A program made the translations under genes and the position numbers. Below the pieces are notes generated by a model. The model saw only the letters and a list, made by a program, of their open reading frames with translations. It did no database searches and was not told the DNA's origin. From positions 2,187 to 66,186 of the forward strand of contig CAWGYW010000007.1 of the NCBI GenBank assembly GCA_963826985.1: 64,000 nt of DNA, written 5' to 3'. Every line of letters begins with the position of its first letter. Position 1 is the first letter of the stretch. Below, piece by piece: positions 34,596 through 43,987 of the stretch. Origin of the DNA: an uncultured Solirubrobacteraceae bacterium. Its GTDB lineage: Bacteria; Actinomycetota; Thermoleophilia; Solirubrobacterales; Solirubrobacteraceae.

Positions 34596-36011
34596 TCAGA
34601 CGGGCGCGGCGGTCGACTCGCGTGCGAGCGCAACGAGGTTGGCGAGTTCGGCCGCGATGTCCTCGCCGATCGAGTCGATGTCCGGGAGCGCGTCGAAGTC
34701 GCCGAGCAGGCCGAAGTTCATCTGCCCGTTGTAGGACATGATCGCGATCGCCAGCGCATGGTTCTCGGGCAGGAAAGCGACGGGGATCGCGTGCAGCATC
34801 TCGCGCCCGAGCACGTACAGCGGGAACTGCGGGCCGGGCACGTTCGTGACGATCAGGTTGAACAGGCGCGTCGAGAAGTTCAGCCGGGAGGCCTGCGCGA
34901 GGATCGTAGGCGGCGCGAAGTTCTGGGCGCCGGCGATCACCTCCGCGCCGAGCGCCTGCTTTGACTCCTTCAGGCCGTCCATCGCGCTCGAGACGAAGCG
35001 CAGCCGATTGAGCGGATCGCTGATGTAGATCGGCAGTGGGCCGCGCATCACGACGATGCGGTTGCCGCCCTCGTTGTGCTCGCCCTCGGTGCGCACCGAC
35101 ACGGGCACGAGCGCGCGCATCTCAACCCCCGCCGTGTGCCTGCCGCGGGAGATCAGGAACGAGCGCAGCGCGCCCGCGACGACCGCCAGAACGACGTCGT
35201 TGACGGTGCCGCCAAAGGCGTTCTTGACGGTCTTGAAATCGTCGAGCTGGCTGGTGATGCCGACGAACCGCCGGTGTGGCCCGATCGGTACGTTCAGCGG
35301 CGTCTCCGGCGCGGGGTTCAGGCCGGCCCACACGATCTCGCCGACGCCCTCGGCCGCCTCGCGGGCGCGCGACAGCGCTCGCTCGGGGTGCGTGATCGCG
35401 TCGATCGCGCCCTCCGCCAGCGTGACCGCCGCGCGCGCGGCTCCCAGCAGGCCGGCGGCGAGCAGCTGCGCGGTCCCCGGTTCGGGATGCGGCTGCCACG
35501 GGCGCCCCGAGTACGGGATCTGCGGCGGATCGGGGGAGAGGTCGAACAGCACCGTCGCCAGGTCCACGCCGGCGATGCCGTCGATCAGCGAGTGGTGGGT
35601 CTTGGTGATCAGCGCGAAGCGATCGTCTTCGAGACCCTCGATCAGCCACATCTCCCACAGCGGCTTGGAGCGGTCGAGCTGCTGGGAGAAGATCCGCGCG
35701 GTCAGATCCTGAAGCTGCTCCCACTGGCCGGGGGCCGGCAGGGCGGTGTGGCGGACGTGGTAGTCGAGGTTGAAGCTCGGGTCGTCGATCCACACGGGGC
35801 GTCCGCTGTCGATCGCGGTATGCGCGAGCTTGTGGCGGTAGCGGGGGACCAGGTGCAGCCGCCGCCGGATCTGTTCGAGGAACTCCTCCATCTCCGGCGG
35901 CGGGCCCTCGATGATCGTCAGCCCGCCGATGTGCATGTGCGAGACGCCGCTCTCCTGATGCAGGAACGAGGCGTCTACTGGAGTCAGCCTGTCGAGGTGA
36001 CGTTGGCTCAT
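34596..36011 (-). CDS. Wax ester synthase/diacylglycerol acyltransferase
   Basis: RLTPVDASFL, HMHIG, LDRSKPLWE, catalytic HHSLIDG, TVNDVVLA, TNVPGP. Confidence 0.95.
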   Translation of the reverse strand: MSQRHLDRLTPVDASFLHQESGVSHMHIGGLTIIEGPPPEMEEFLEQIRRRLHLVPRYRHKLAHTAIDSGRPVWIDDPSFNLDYHVRHTALPAPGQWEQLQDLTARIFSQQLDRSKPLWEMWLIEGLEDDRFALITKTHHSLIDGIAGVDLATVLFDLSPDPPQIPYSGRPWQPHPEPGTAQLLAAGLLGAARAAVTLAEGAIDAITHPERALSRAREAAEGVGEIVWAGLNPAPETPLNVPIGPHRRFVGITSQLDDFKTVKNAFGGTVNDVVLAVVAGALRSFLISRGRHTAGVEMRALVPVSVRTEGEHNEGGNRIVVMRGPLPIYISDPLNRLRFVSSAMDGLKESKQALGAEVIAGAQNFAPPTILAQASRLNFSTRLFNLIVTNVPGPQFPLYVLGREMLHAIPVAFLPENHALAIAIMSYNGQMNFGLLGDFDALPDIDSIGEDIAAELANLVALARESTAAPV

Positions 36012-36018
36012 CAGCCTT

Positions 36019-36043
36019 AGCGTATCGGGGTGCCCCCTACAAT
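36019..36043. promoter_or_regulatory. Back-to-back divergent leaderless -10 elements
   Basis: TACGCT on the minus strand (36019-36024) is 7 nt from the WS/DGAT ATG; TACAAT on the plus strand (36038-36043) is 7 nt from the ispH GTG. Confidence 0.65.
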
Positions 36044-36050
36044 GGCACCC

Positions 36051-37001
36051 GTGTCCAACAGCGTCGAGAAGCTGCTGCTCGCGGCCCCGCGCGGCTACTG
36101 CGCGGGCGTCGATCGGGCCGTGCAGACAGTTGAACGCGCGCTCGCGATCCACGGTGCGCCGGTGTACGTGCGCAAGGAGATCGTGCACAACAAGCACGTC
36201 GTCGCCCAGCTGCGCGAGCGTGGGGCGATCTTCGTCGACGAGCAGACCGAAGTGCCGGAGGGCGCGGTATGCGTGTTCTCCGCTCACGGCGTCGCCCCGA
36301 GCGTGCGCGCGGGCGCGCACGAGCGCGGCCTGCAAACGATCGACGCGACCTGTCCGCTCGTGACGAAGGTGCATCGCGAGGCTTCGCGCTTCGCCGAGCA
36401 GGGCTACACGATCGTGCTCGTCGGCCACGACGGGCACGAGGAGGTGGAAGGGACGATGGGCGAGGCGCCCGATCAGATCGTGCTCGTCGAGAGCGAGCAG
36501 GACGTCGACGAGTTGGCGGTCGATGACCCCGAGCGCGTCGCGTACATCACGCAGACGACGCTCGCGGTGGACGAAACGACCGCGATCCTCGAGCGCCTGC
36601 GCGAGCGCTTTCCGAACATCGTCGGGCCCCGCACGGATGACATCTGCTACGCCACCACCAACCGCCAGGCGGCCGTCAAGCAGATGGCCGATAGCTGCGA
36701 TCTGATGCTCGTGATCGGCTCGCGCAACTCCTCCAACTCGGTGCGCCTGGTCGAGGTCGCGCGCGACTGCGGCACCGACGCGCACCTGATCGACTGCGCC
36801 GCGGAGGTCCAGGAGGAGTGGCTCACGGGTCGGCGCGTGGTCGGCATCTCCTCGGGCGCGAGCGCTCCCGAGGAGCTCGTGGTCGAGCTCGTCGAGTTCT
36901 TCCGTGCGCGCGGCGTGCGCGACATCTCGGAGTTCGACGTGATCCGCGAGGACGTCCGCTTCATGCTCCCCAAGCCGATACGCGAAGCCTGCGCACTCTA
37001 G
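36051..37001 (+). CDS. ispH: 4-hydroxy-3-methylbut-2-enyl diphosphate reductase
   Basis: PRGYCAGVDRA, IVHN, SAHGV, DATCPLVTKVH, QTTL, DICYATTNRQ, SSNS. Confidence 0.97.
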   Translation: MSNSVEKLLLAAPRGYCAGVDRAVQTVERALAIHGAPVYVRKEIVHNKHVVAQLRERGAIFVDEQTEVPEGAVCVFSAHGVAPSVRAGAHERGLQTIDATCPLVTKVHREASRFAEQGYTIVLVGHDGHEEVEGTMGEAPDQIVLVESEQDVDELAVDDPERVAYITQTTLAVDETTAILERLRERFPNIVGPRTDDICYATTNRQAAVKQMADSCDLMLVIGSRNSSNSVRLVEVARDCGTDAHLIDCAAEVQEEWLTGRRVVGISSGASAPEELVVELVEFFRARGVRDISEFDVIREDVRFMLPKPIREACAL

Positions 37002-38123
37002 TCGTCTCCGACCTGCACCTCGGCAGCGTCTCGGGATCGGATCTGCTGCGCCGCCCGAGCTGCGCGCGCCGCTGCTCGAGGCGGTCGCCGACGTCGAGCG
37101 CGTGGTACTGCTCGGCGACGTGCTCGAGCTGCGCCACGGGCCGCTGCGCGAAGCGCTGGCCGCCGCGCGGCCGTTCTTCGAGGACCTCGGGCGCGCGCTT
37201 GCGGGCAGGGAGCTGCTGATCGTCGCCGGCAACCACGACCACGCGCTCGTCGAACCGTGGCTTGCGCGCCGCGGCGAGGACGAGCAGCCGCCGCCGCTCG
37301 GCGTCGAGCAGCTGCTGGAGCCCGCTGAGGTCTCGCCCGCGCTCGCGCGGATCGCGAGCTGGGCCTCGCCCGCGAGCGTGCGCGTGGCCTATCCCGGCCT
37401 GTGGCTGCGCCCGGACGTGTACGCCACCCACGGCCACTATCTGGACTGCCATCTGACGGTCCCGACGCTCGAGCGTCTGAGCCGCCGGCGCGATGAGCCG
37501 GCTGCTGGGTCGGCCGGCCAGTGCGTTTCGCCGCGTCGATGACTACGAGGCGGTCGGGTGCGCCGATGTTCGCGTGGCGCGACGCGATCGCCCGCGACGC
37601 ACCCACGGGCGCCGCGCTCAACGGGGCGGCCACCGCCAGCGCTTGGGGTGCGCTCAGGGGTGGCGGCGCACGTGGCGGGGGCTCGCGCCGTGTGCCGACC
37701 CGGTGGCTGCGCCAGCGCGCGATCGTCGCGGGCTTCCCGCTCGCCGTGGCGGCGCTCAACCGCGCGGGGATCGGCCCGCTGCGCGCAAACGTGTCGATGG
37801 ACGAGCTGCGTCGCGCCGGGCTGCGGGCGATGGGCGAGGTCGCGGCGCGCCTGGACCTCGGCGAGGCATACGTGGTGTTCGGCCACACCCATCGCGCCGG
37901 GCCGCTTCCCGGCGATGACCAGCGCGAGTGGCGTGGGCGCGGCGGTGCCAGGCTCGTGAACACCGGGAGCTGGACCTACTCTCGCGTGTTCCTCGCCGGG
38001 CAGGCCGGCGAGAGCCCATACTGGCCGGGCACGTGCGTGCTCGTCGGCGACGACGGACCCCCGACGGTCCGGCGCCTGCTGCAGGACCGCACGCGCGCGC
38101 AGGTCGCCTCATCCGCGGTCTGA
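36989..38123 (+). CDS. Calcineurin-like metallophosphoesterase (frameshifted; start approximate)
   Basis: SDLHLG, LLGD, GNHD, HGH, FGHTH, NTGSW. Confidence 0.85.
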
Positions 38124-38224
38124 CCCGAGCGAAGCCGGCCCAGATCCTCGTCGGTGACGTTCACGGAGACGATCACCATTTGAGCCGACCATGGCGCGAC
38201 GATCCGGCCAGCGCTCGCTGTGAG

Positions 38225-39916
38225 ATGATCCGCGCCGACCGGTTAGCGAGATTCTGGGGAGTGGTGATCACCTACAAGGATCCGAACGGCGGCACCACGA
38301 CGAAAACCGACGGGACGATCACGTATGAAGGCAGCCACGCGACCCAGATAGAGGGGATGACGATCAACCGCGATGAAACCGCGGAACCGCCCTTTGAATT
38401 CAAAGACGAGGATGGCCTCACATGCGAACCGGCCAACGCGGAACATCAGTGCGACAGGCTTGAACTGTTTAGCAACGTCGCCACGGTTGAAGCCAAGGCA
38501 CCATGCGTCTACTACTTTGGCTACTACTGTCCAGACGCCGACTACTACGTGGCGAACCTGGGCAAAGGCTTCGGCAACTACTTCAACCTGGAGGGGTCCC
38601 TCGAATATGAACGAGCGACGCTTACAGCCGGTTCGGGCAACGCGGAAATCTCTGGTACGCCCAATCCGTCGGTAGGTGGCTTTCCGGACGAAGACATCAT
38701 CACCGGCGGCAGCGAAGGGACCGACCATCTCTACGGCGGTCCCGGCAACGACACGATCTATGGCGGCGCCGCCAACAGCACGATCGATGGCGGCGCCGGC
38801 AACGACACGATCTATGCGGACTCCGGCAACGACGCGATCAACGGTGGTCCCGGCAACGACACGATCTACGGCGGCACGGGCAACTCCTACATCTTCGGGG
38901 GCCCCGGGAACGACGTCGAGGTGGGTGGCTCGGGCACCGATCTGCTCGGCTGGTCGGCCTTTGGACTGCCGGAAACCGGAGAACCGGATAAGGGCGAAAA
39001 CACATTCGAGAGCACCGGCGGTAACACCATCGTCAGCTTCGAGTACGCCAAAGGTCCGGTCGAAGTGTCGCTGGACGGCGTCGCAAACGACGGTGAAGCC
39101 GGACAGAAAGACAACGTCGAGCCGGGTGTCGCCGAAGTCCGCGGCAGCGAATACAACGACACACTGATCGCGGGGGCTCCGCCGGTGATCCTGAACGGCG
39201 AGGGCGGTAACGACACGATCTACGGCGGCCCCGGCGGCGACACGCTGATCGGCGGCGAAGGCAACGACACGATCTACACGAAAGGTCCGGCCGGTGACGG
39301 ACCCGACCAGATCTTCGCCGGTGTCCCGGGCTGCGCTCTGGATGAATGCCCCGGGGGCAACGACACGATCTATGCGGCCGACGGCATCGCGGATCAGATC
39401 AGTTGCGATGCGGGAGCGGACATCCTCTATGCCGACCAGCTCGACGTCATTGCGAACAGCGTGAACGCCCCCTGCTCGAGCGTCCACCGCGAAACGGTCG
39501 CCGCTCCGGGAGGCGCGGGTGGCGGTGGTGGTGCTGGTGGCGCGGGTGGCGGTGGCGTATCCATAGCGCCGATCGTCTTCTCCCTGCTCAAAGCACCGCA
39601 CAACGTCAAGACGCTGCTGAAGAGCGGGCTGACGGCGTCCACCTCCTGCCCGGCGGCGTGCTCGCTCTCGGCGCAGGCGACCATCAGCGCGTCGAACGCG
39701 AAGAAGGCTCACATCACCGCCGCCGGCAAAAGCGTCGTGGTGGGCACGGGGCACGCGACGCTGCTGGCGGCCGGCTCGGTCAAGATCAGGATCAACCTCA
39801 CGAGCAAGGCCAAGCGCGACCTCAAGCGCCTGGGGCGGTTCACGATCACGATCTCGATCACCGCCAAGAACGCGGCCGGCGCGACGACCACCACCACGAA
39901 GACGATCACGATCTGA
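38225..39916 (+). CDS. RTX/hemolysin-type Ca-binding repeat protein with Gly linker and basic C-terminal domain (start uncertain)
   Basis: Many GG.GNDTIYG nonapeptides; 'ADGIADQISCDAGADILYADQLD'; poly-Gly linker; Lys-rich beta C-terminus. Confidence 0.85.
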   Translation: MIRADRLARFWGVVITYKDPNGGTTTKTDGTITYEGSHATQIEGMTINRDETAEPPFEFKDEDGLTCEPANAEHQCDRLELFSNVATVEAKAPCVYYFGYYCPDADYYVANLGKGFGNYFNLEGSLEYERATLTAGSGNAEISGTPNPSVGGFPDEDIITGGSEGTDHLYGGPGNDTIYGGAANSTIDGGAGNDTIYADSGNDAINGGPGNDTIYGGTGNSYIFGGPGNDVEVGGSGTDLLGWSAFGLPETGEPDKGENTFESTGGNTIVSFEYAKGPVEVSLDGVANDGEAGQKDNVEPGVAEVRGSEYNDTLIAGAPPVILNGEGGNDTIYGGPGGDTLIGGEGNDTIYTKGPAGDGPDQIFAGVPGCALDECPGGNDTIYAADGIADQISCDAGADILYADQLDVIANSVNAPCSSVHRETVAAPGGAGGGGGAGGAGGGGVSIAPIVFSLLKAPHNVKTLLKSGLTASTSCPAACSLSAQATISASNAKKAHITAAGKSVVVGTGHATLLAAGSVKIRINLTSKAKRDLKRLGRFTITISITAKNAAGATTTTTKTITI

Positions 39917-40049
39917 TCGCTCACGCGGCGCGGGCGTCAGCCGCCGCCTGCGCAGAAGAGCCGGGTGATGGGAGACCACGCCGGGACCCGTGGGAGCACA
40001 AGGGTGCGACCCATCCGGGCCACCCGACCGACCTCTGCCGGGCGCGGGC

Positions 40050-40808
40050 TTACGCCAGGCCGGGCGTGAAACAGGTGGCCAGGCAGCGCACCTCCGCGCC
40101 GAGCTCCAGCTCGATCACGCCGGACGTGTGCCGGGCGTGCTCCAGCAGCGGGTAGGCCCCGGGGTGGGCGACGATCAACTCCCGACCGCCGCGCGCCTCG
40201 CCGCCGTTGACCGTCACCCGCCCCTCGCCGTCGAGCACCGCCCACACCGCGCCCGCCTCATATGGCCCCAAGTATGCGCCCTGCTGGTCCTGCGTCTGCG
40301 GTGCGAGCGCGGCGCTCGAAGCATCCTCGGGCCGCAGCGGCGCGAGCGGCTCTCGCTCAAGCTTCAGCAGCTCCTGGATGGCCAGCTCGGTTTCCGCATA
40401 AGCGCCCTCGCCGAAGTGGTACTCGAACAGGCGCGCGCGGCCGTCGAACAGGTAGCGCGCCGGCCAGCCCTGGTTCTCGTAGTCCTGCCAAACCTCCAAC
40501 TCGCTGTCGATCAGCACCGGGTACTCGATGTGCAGGCGCGCCACCGCGTCCCTGACCGCCTGCTCGTCGCGCGAGCACTCGAAGCCCGGGCAGTGCACGC
40601 CGATCACGCGCAGACCCGCCGCCTCGTAGCGCTCGTGCCACGCCTTCACGTACGGCAGCGTGCGCATCGAGTTCGGGCGGCAGAAGTCCCAGAACTCCAC
40701 CAGCATCGGCCGGCCCTGCTGGATGATCGACTGCGGCCCGCTCGCGTTCACCCACGGAAGCCGCGTCGGGAACAGCGGCGCAACGATGTTGTCTACGGGC
40801 GCACGCAA
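40050..40808 (-). CDS. DipZ-like thioredoxin-fold protein lacking CxxC
   Basis: VEFWDFCRPNSMRTLPY, VIGVHCPGF, YPVLID, NQGWPARYLFD, FGEGAY..TE.AIQELL. Confidence 0.8.
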   Translation of the reverse strand: MRAPVDNIVAPLFPTRLPWVNASGPQSIIQQGRPMLVEFWDFCRPNSMRTLPYVKAWHERYEAAGLRVIGVHCPGFECSRDEQAVRDAVARLHIEYPVLIDSELEVWQDYENQGWPARYLFDGRARLFEYHFGEGAYAETELAIQELLKLEREPLAPLRPEDASSAALAPQTQDQQGAYLGPYEAGAVWAVLDGEGRVTVNGGEARGGRELIVAHPGAYPLLEHARHTSGVIELELGAEVRCLATCFTPGLA

Positions 40809-40926
40809 CTCTGGTCACCGCGCCTCTGAGAGGTGGGAGTCGCAAGCGTGCCAAGGACGCAGTGAGCGAAGTGTGCTCTGCACACGAGCGATCGAGGACG
40901 CCGGCAGGCGCAGCGAATCGCGCCTC

Positions 40927-42327
40927 TCAGCCGATGGAGCCGACCATCTCCAGCTGGATCAGGCGGTTGAGCTCGACCGCGTACTCCATCGGCAGCTCCT
41001 TCGTGACCGGCTCGATGAAGCCGTTGACGATCATCGCCGCCGCCTCGTCCTCGGTGAAGCCGCGCGAGCCCATGTAGAACAGCTGGTCGTCGGAGATGCG
41101 CCCGACCGTCGCCTCGTGGGCGACCGTCACGTTCGGGTTCTGGATCTGGATGTCCGGCCACGTGTCCGATTTCGATTCGCCGTCCATCATCAGCCCGTCG
41201 CACTGCACGCGCGCTTTCGAGCCGGCGGAGTTGTGGCCCATCTTGACCAGGCCGCGGTAGCCCATGATGCCGCCGTCCTTGGAGATCGACTTGGCGAGGA
41301 TGTTCGACGTCGTGTTCGGCGCCAGGTGCACGACCTTCGCGCCCGTGTCCTTGTGCACGCCTTTGCCCGCGACGCCCACGTTCAGGTGGTCGGCGCGCGC
41401 GCCCTCGCCCATCAGGAACGAGCCGGGGTAGAGCATCACGTACTTGGCGCCCATCGAGCCGCCGACCCACTCGACCGTGCCCTCGGCCTCGACGACCGCG
41501 CGCTTGGTGTTGAGGTTGTAGACGTCCTTCGACCAGTTCTGCACGGTCGTGTAGCGCGCCTTGGCGCCCTCGTGCACGAAGATCTCCACGACCGCCGAGT
41601 GCATCGAGTTGACGCTGTAGGTCTGCGCCGTGCAGCCCTCGATGTAGTTCACCTCGGCGCCCTCGTCGGCGATGATCAGCGTGTGCTCGAAGGTGCCCTC
41701 GCCGGCGCCCTCCATGCGGAAGTAGGACTGCAGCGGCAGGTCGCACTTGACGCCCTTGGGGATGTAGCAGAAGGCCCCGCCCGACCAAACGGCGCCGTGC
41801 AGCGCCGAGAACTTGTTGTCCTGCGCCGGCACGCACTTGGTCATGAAGTATTTCTGCACGAGCTCCGGGTACTCCGTGATCGCTGTGTCCATCGAGCAGA
41901 ACAGGATCCCCTGCTTGGCGTACTCCTCCTTCAGGCCCTCGTACACCGGCTCCTGGCGCCACACGCCGACCACGCCCGCGAGGTGCTCGCGCTCGGCCTG
42001 CGGGATGCCGAGGTCCTCGTAGGTCTGCTTCATGTCCGCCGGGACGTCGTCCCAGCTGTTGAAGCGCCCAGCCGTCGGGGGGGAGTAGAGGACGAGGTCG
42101 TCGAGGTTCAGGCCGCTCAGGTCCGGTCCCCACGTCGGGATCGGCTTGCGTTCGAAGATCTCCAGCGACTTCAGCCTTTTCTCCGCCATCCAATCGGGCT
42201 CGCCCTTGATCTTCGAGAGCTCGGTCACGACCTCGCGCGAGATGCCCTGGCGGGCGCGCAACTGGCCCTGCTCGTCCTCGACTATCGGGCTGGGCTTGTC
42301 GATCTTCGTGCGGTCAATCGTGGCCAT
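40927..42327 (-). CDS. sufB: Fe-S cluster assembly protein SufB
   Basis: DNKFSALHGAVWSGG, YIEGCTA, HSAVVE, VQNWS..VYNL.TKRA, DTGAK, CDGL, HEATV, LPMEYAVELNRLI. Confidence 0.97.
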   Translation of the reverse strand: MATIDRTKIDKPSPIVEDEQGQLRARQGISREVVTELSKIKGEPDWMAEKRLKSLEIFERKPIPTWGPDLSGLNLDDLVLYSPPTAGRFNSWDDVPADMKQTYEDLGIPQAEREHLAGVVGVWRQEPVYEGLKEEYAKQGILFCSMDTAITEYPELVQKYFMTKCVPAQDNKFSALHGAVWSGGAFCYIPKGVKCDLPLQSYFRMEGAGEGTFEHTLIIADEGAEVNYIEGCTAQTYSVNSMHSAVVEIFVHEGAKARYTTVQNWSKDVYNLNTKRAVVEAEGTVEWVGGSMGAKYVMLYPGSFLMGEGARADHLNVGVAGKGVHKDTGAKVVHLAPNTTSNILAKSISKDGGIMGYRGLVKMGHNSAGSKARVQCDGLMMDGESKSDTWPDIQIQNPNVTVAHEATVGRISDDQLFYMGSRGFTEDEAAAMIVNGFIEPVTKELPMEYAVELNRLIQLEMVGSIG

Positions 42328-42354
42328 GAGGCTCCTCGCTGGCGGTTCGCTTGG

Positions 42355-42384
42355 CAATCCTGTGCTCTGGAGTAGGAATTGTAT
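42355..42384 (-). promoter_or_regulatory. sufB promoter (-10 TACAAT) with overlapping candidate Rrf2 operator
   Basis: Minus strand reads TACAATTCCTACTCCAGAGCACAGGATTG, followed by a GAGGAG SD. Confidence 0.5.
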
Positions 42385-42450
42385 CGAGCCCGGCGGCCTC
42401 GCCCGGCGCCGAGGCGGTGCGCGATCGTACGTAGCGTGCGTGGATGCTCC

Positions 42451-42840
42451 TTACCAGAGCGTCAACCTTGGATCGAACGCGCGGATAGCCTCGTCGCGTG
42501 TGATCAGAGTGCCGTTTGCGGCGCGCGCGGTCGCGTAGATCAGGCGGTCGATCGGGTCGCCTGGGAACTCTCGCGAGTCGAGGAGTCCCGCCGCCACGGC
42601 GATCTCCGCGCTCGGGGCGAGCGCCTCAACGCGCGGCTGTGCGAGCGCCTGGCGGACCCATGCGTCGACGTCGCGGTCCAGCGAGATGCGCCCACGCGCT
42701 ACGAGCATCGTGATCTCCCATGCGCTCAGGGTCGACACGCCGATATTCGGGGCCTGGTCGATCGCTGCCCGAGCGGGGCCTGAAAGGCGCTCGGGTGCGG
42801 TGAGCCACCACAGCCACGCGTGCGTATCGAGGACGATCAC
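42451..42840 (-). CDS. vapC: PIN-domain (VapC) toxin
   Basis: VLDTHAWLW, SAWEI, GDPIDRLIYATA, LITRD. Confidence 0.92.
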   Translation of the reverse strand: MIVLDTHAWLWWLTAPERLSGPARAAIDQAPNIGVSTLSAWEITMLVARGRISLDRDVDAWVRQALAQPRVEALAPSAEIAVAAGLLDSREFPGDPIDRLIYATARAANGTLITRDEAIRAFDPRLTLW

Positions 42841-43067
42841 CCGTCGCTGGCGTCCCACTCGACGTCAAGCGGTCTGACGAGCTCCTCGTCGGCGACGTTG
42901 AACTTGACCGAGCCGCGCAGGCTCTTCGGCGCCGTCGCCGCGGACACACGCGCAACCGCCTTGCCGCGCTTGGTCACGACGATTTCCTCGCCGGTGGCTG
43001 CAATCTGATCGAGCATCGCCAGGCACTGAGCCTTGAACTGGCTTGCTGAGACGGTTCGAGTAGACAT
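42837..43067 (-). CDS. Phd/YefM family antitoxin
   Basis: VSASQFKAQCLAMLDQI..TGEEIVVTKRGKAVA; 4-nt overlap with the toxin. Confidence 0.9.
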   Translation of the reverse strand: MSTRTVSASQFKAQCLAMLDQIAATGEEIVVTKRGKAVARVSAATAPKSLRGSVKFNVADEELVRPLDVEWDASDG

Positions 43068-43093
43068 GACTATGGTCATAGTACCATGGTCAT
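43066..43093. promoter_or_regulatory. Candidate TA autoregulatory operator
   Basis: ATGACTATGGTCATAGTACCATGGTCAT: two ATGGTCAT copies and palindromes overlapping TACTAT (-10, minus strand). Confidence 0.6.
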
Positions 43094-43094
43094 T

Positions 43095-43865
43095 TCAGGT
43101 GGTCTCGCCCAGCAGCTCGTCGAGCGTGCGGCCGCTGAGCACCGAGGCGGGCTGCTCGGCGACCACGTCGGAGCTGGGGCGCGCGTCGTCGTCGCGGCGC
43201 TTGAGCAGCAGCCACTGGGACTTCGGACCGGTTCGCGCTCCCGTGCGCTGCAGCGCGAAGCCGCCGTGGAGCTTCTCGCCGTGCAGCACGAACACCGCGT
43301 GCCCGCGTTCGAGCGCCTGTGGCCACGCCACCCTGCCGCCCTGCTCATAGTCGCCGCGGTCCCACACGATCACCCCGTCGCCGTCGGTCGCGCCCTCGAA
43401 CGCGTTGTGCTCGATCTCGTGATCCTCGACCTGGACCGCCAGGCGCTTGACCGACGGGTCGAGCGACGGGCCCTTTGGCACCGCCCACGAGTGCATCGCG
43501 CCGGCGACCTCCAGGCGCAGGTCGAAGTGGCGCGCCGTGGCCGCGTGCTGCTGCACGACGAACACGCCCGCGCTCACACCGCGGATCGCGAACTGCTCGT
43601 GGCCCTCCGCGCGGACGTCCTCCACGCTCACGTCCGTCACGTCGGCGCCCAGTGGGCCCTTGCGCAGAAACGCGAGGAGCCCCTCGATCGCGTCCGACGG
43701 CCCCTCCGCGTGCACGAGCACCGTCCCGTCCTGCGCGTTGCGCACCCAGCCCTCGACCCCGAGCTTGGCCGCTCGACGTCGCGTCGCCTCGCGCAAGCCG
43801 ACGCCCTGGACCCTGCCGGCAAGGATCACTCGAATCGCGCGGGAGGCGGGCTGGTTGGCCTTCAC
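43095..43865 (-). CDS. Acylphosphatase fused to a LigD 3'-phosphoesterase (PE) domain
   Basis: GRVQGVGLR and GWVRN (acylphosphatase), then FVVQQH.A..RHFDLRLE, SWAVPKGPSLDP, RLAVQVEDH and VWDRGDY, all in one frame. Confidence 0.88.
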   Translation of the reverse strand: MKANQPASRAIRVILAGRVQGVGLREATRRRAAKLGVEGWVRNAQDGTVLVHAEGPSDAIEGLLAFLRKGPLGADVTDVSVEDVRAEGHEQFAIRGVSAGVFVVQQHAATARHFDLRLEVAGAMHSWAVPKGPSLDPSVKRLAVQVEDHEIEHNAFEGATDGDGVIVWDRGDYEQGGRVAWPQALERGHAVFVLHGEKLHGGFALQRTGARTGPKSQWLLLKRRDDDARPSSDVVAEQPASVLSGRTLDELLGETT

Positions 43866-43987
43866 GTGGAATCCCGTATGGCCGTCATGTCGGCCCAGTA
43901 GCTTATGTTGCCAGGACGCCACCGAGAGATTGACCGAAGAGGCTGAGGCGAAGGACGCATGTCGCCCCACGGGCTCAAGGGGCCGGC

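Noticed and set aside
34596-37232. 878-aa minus-strand ORF as an extended WS/DGAT
   Set aside because: The extension is the antisense shadow of ispH; the real start is ATG 36011 with its own -10.
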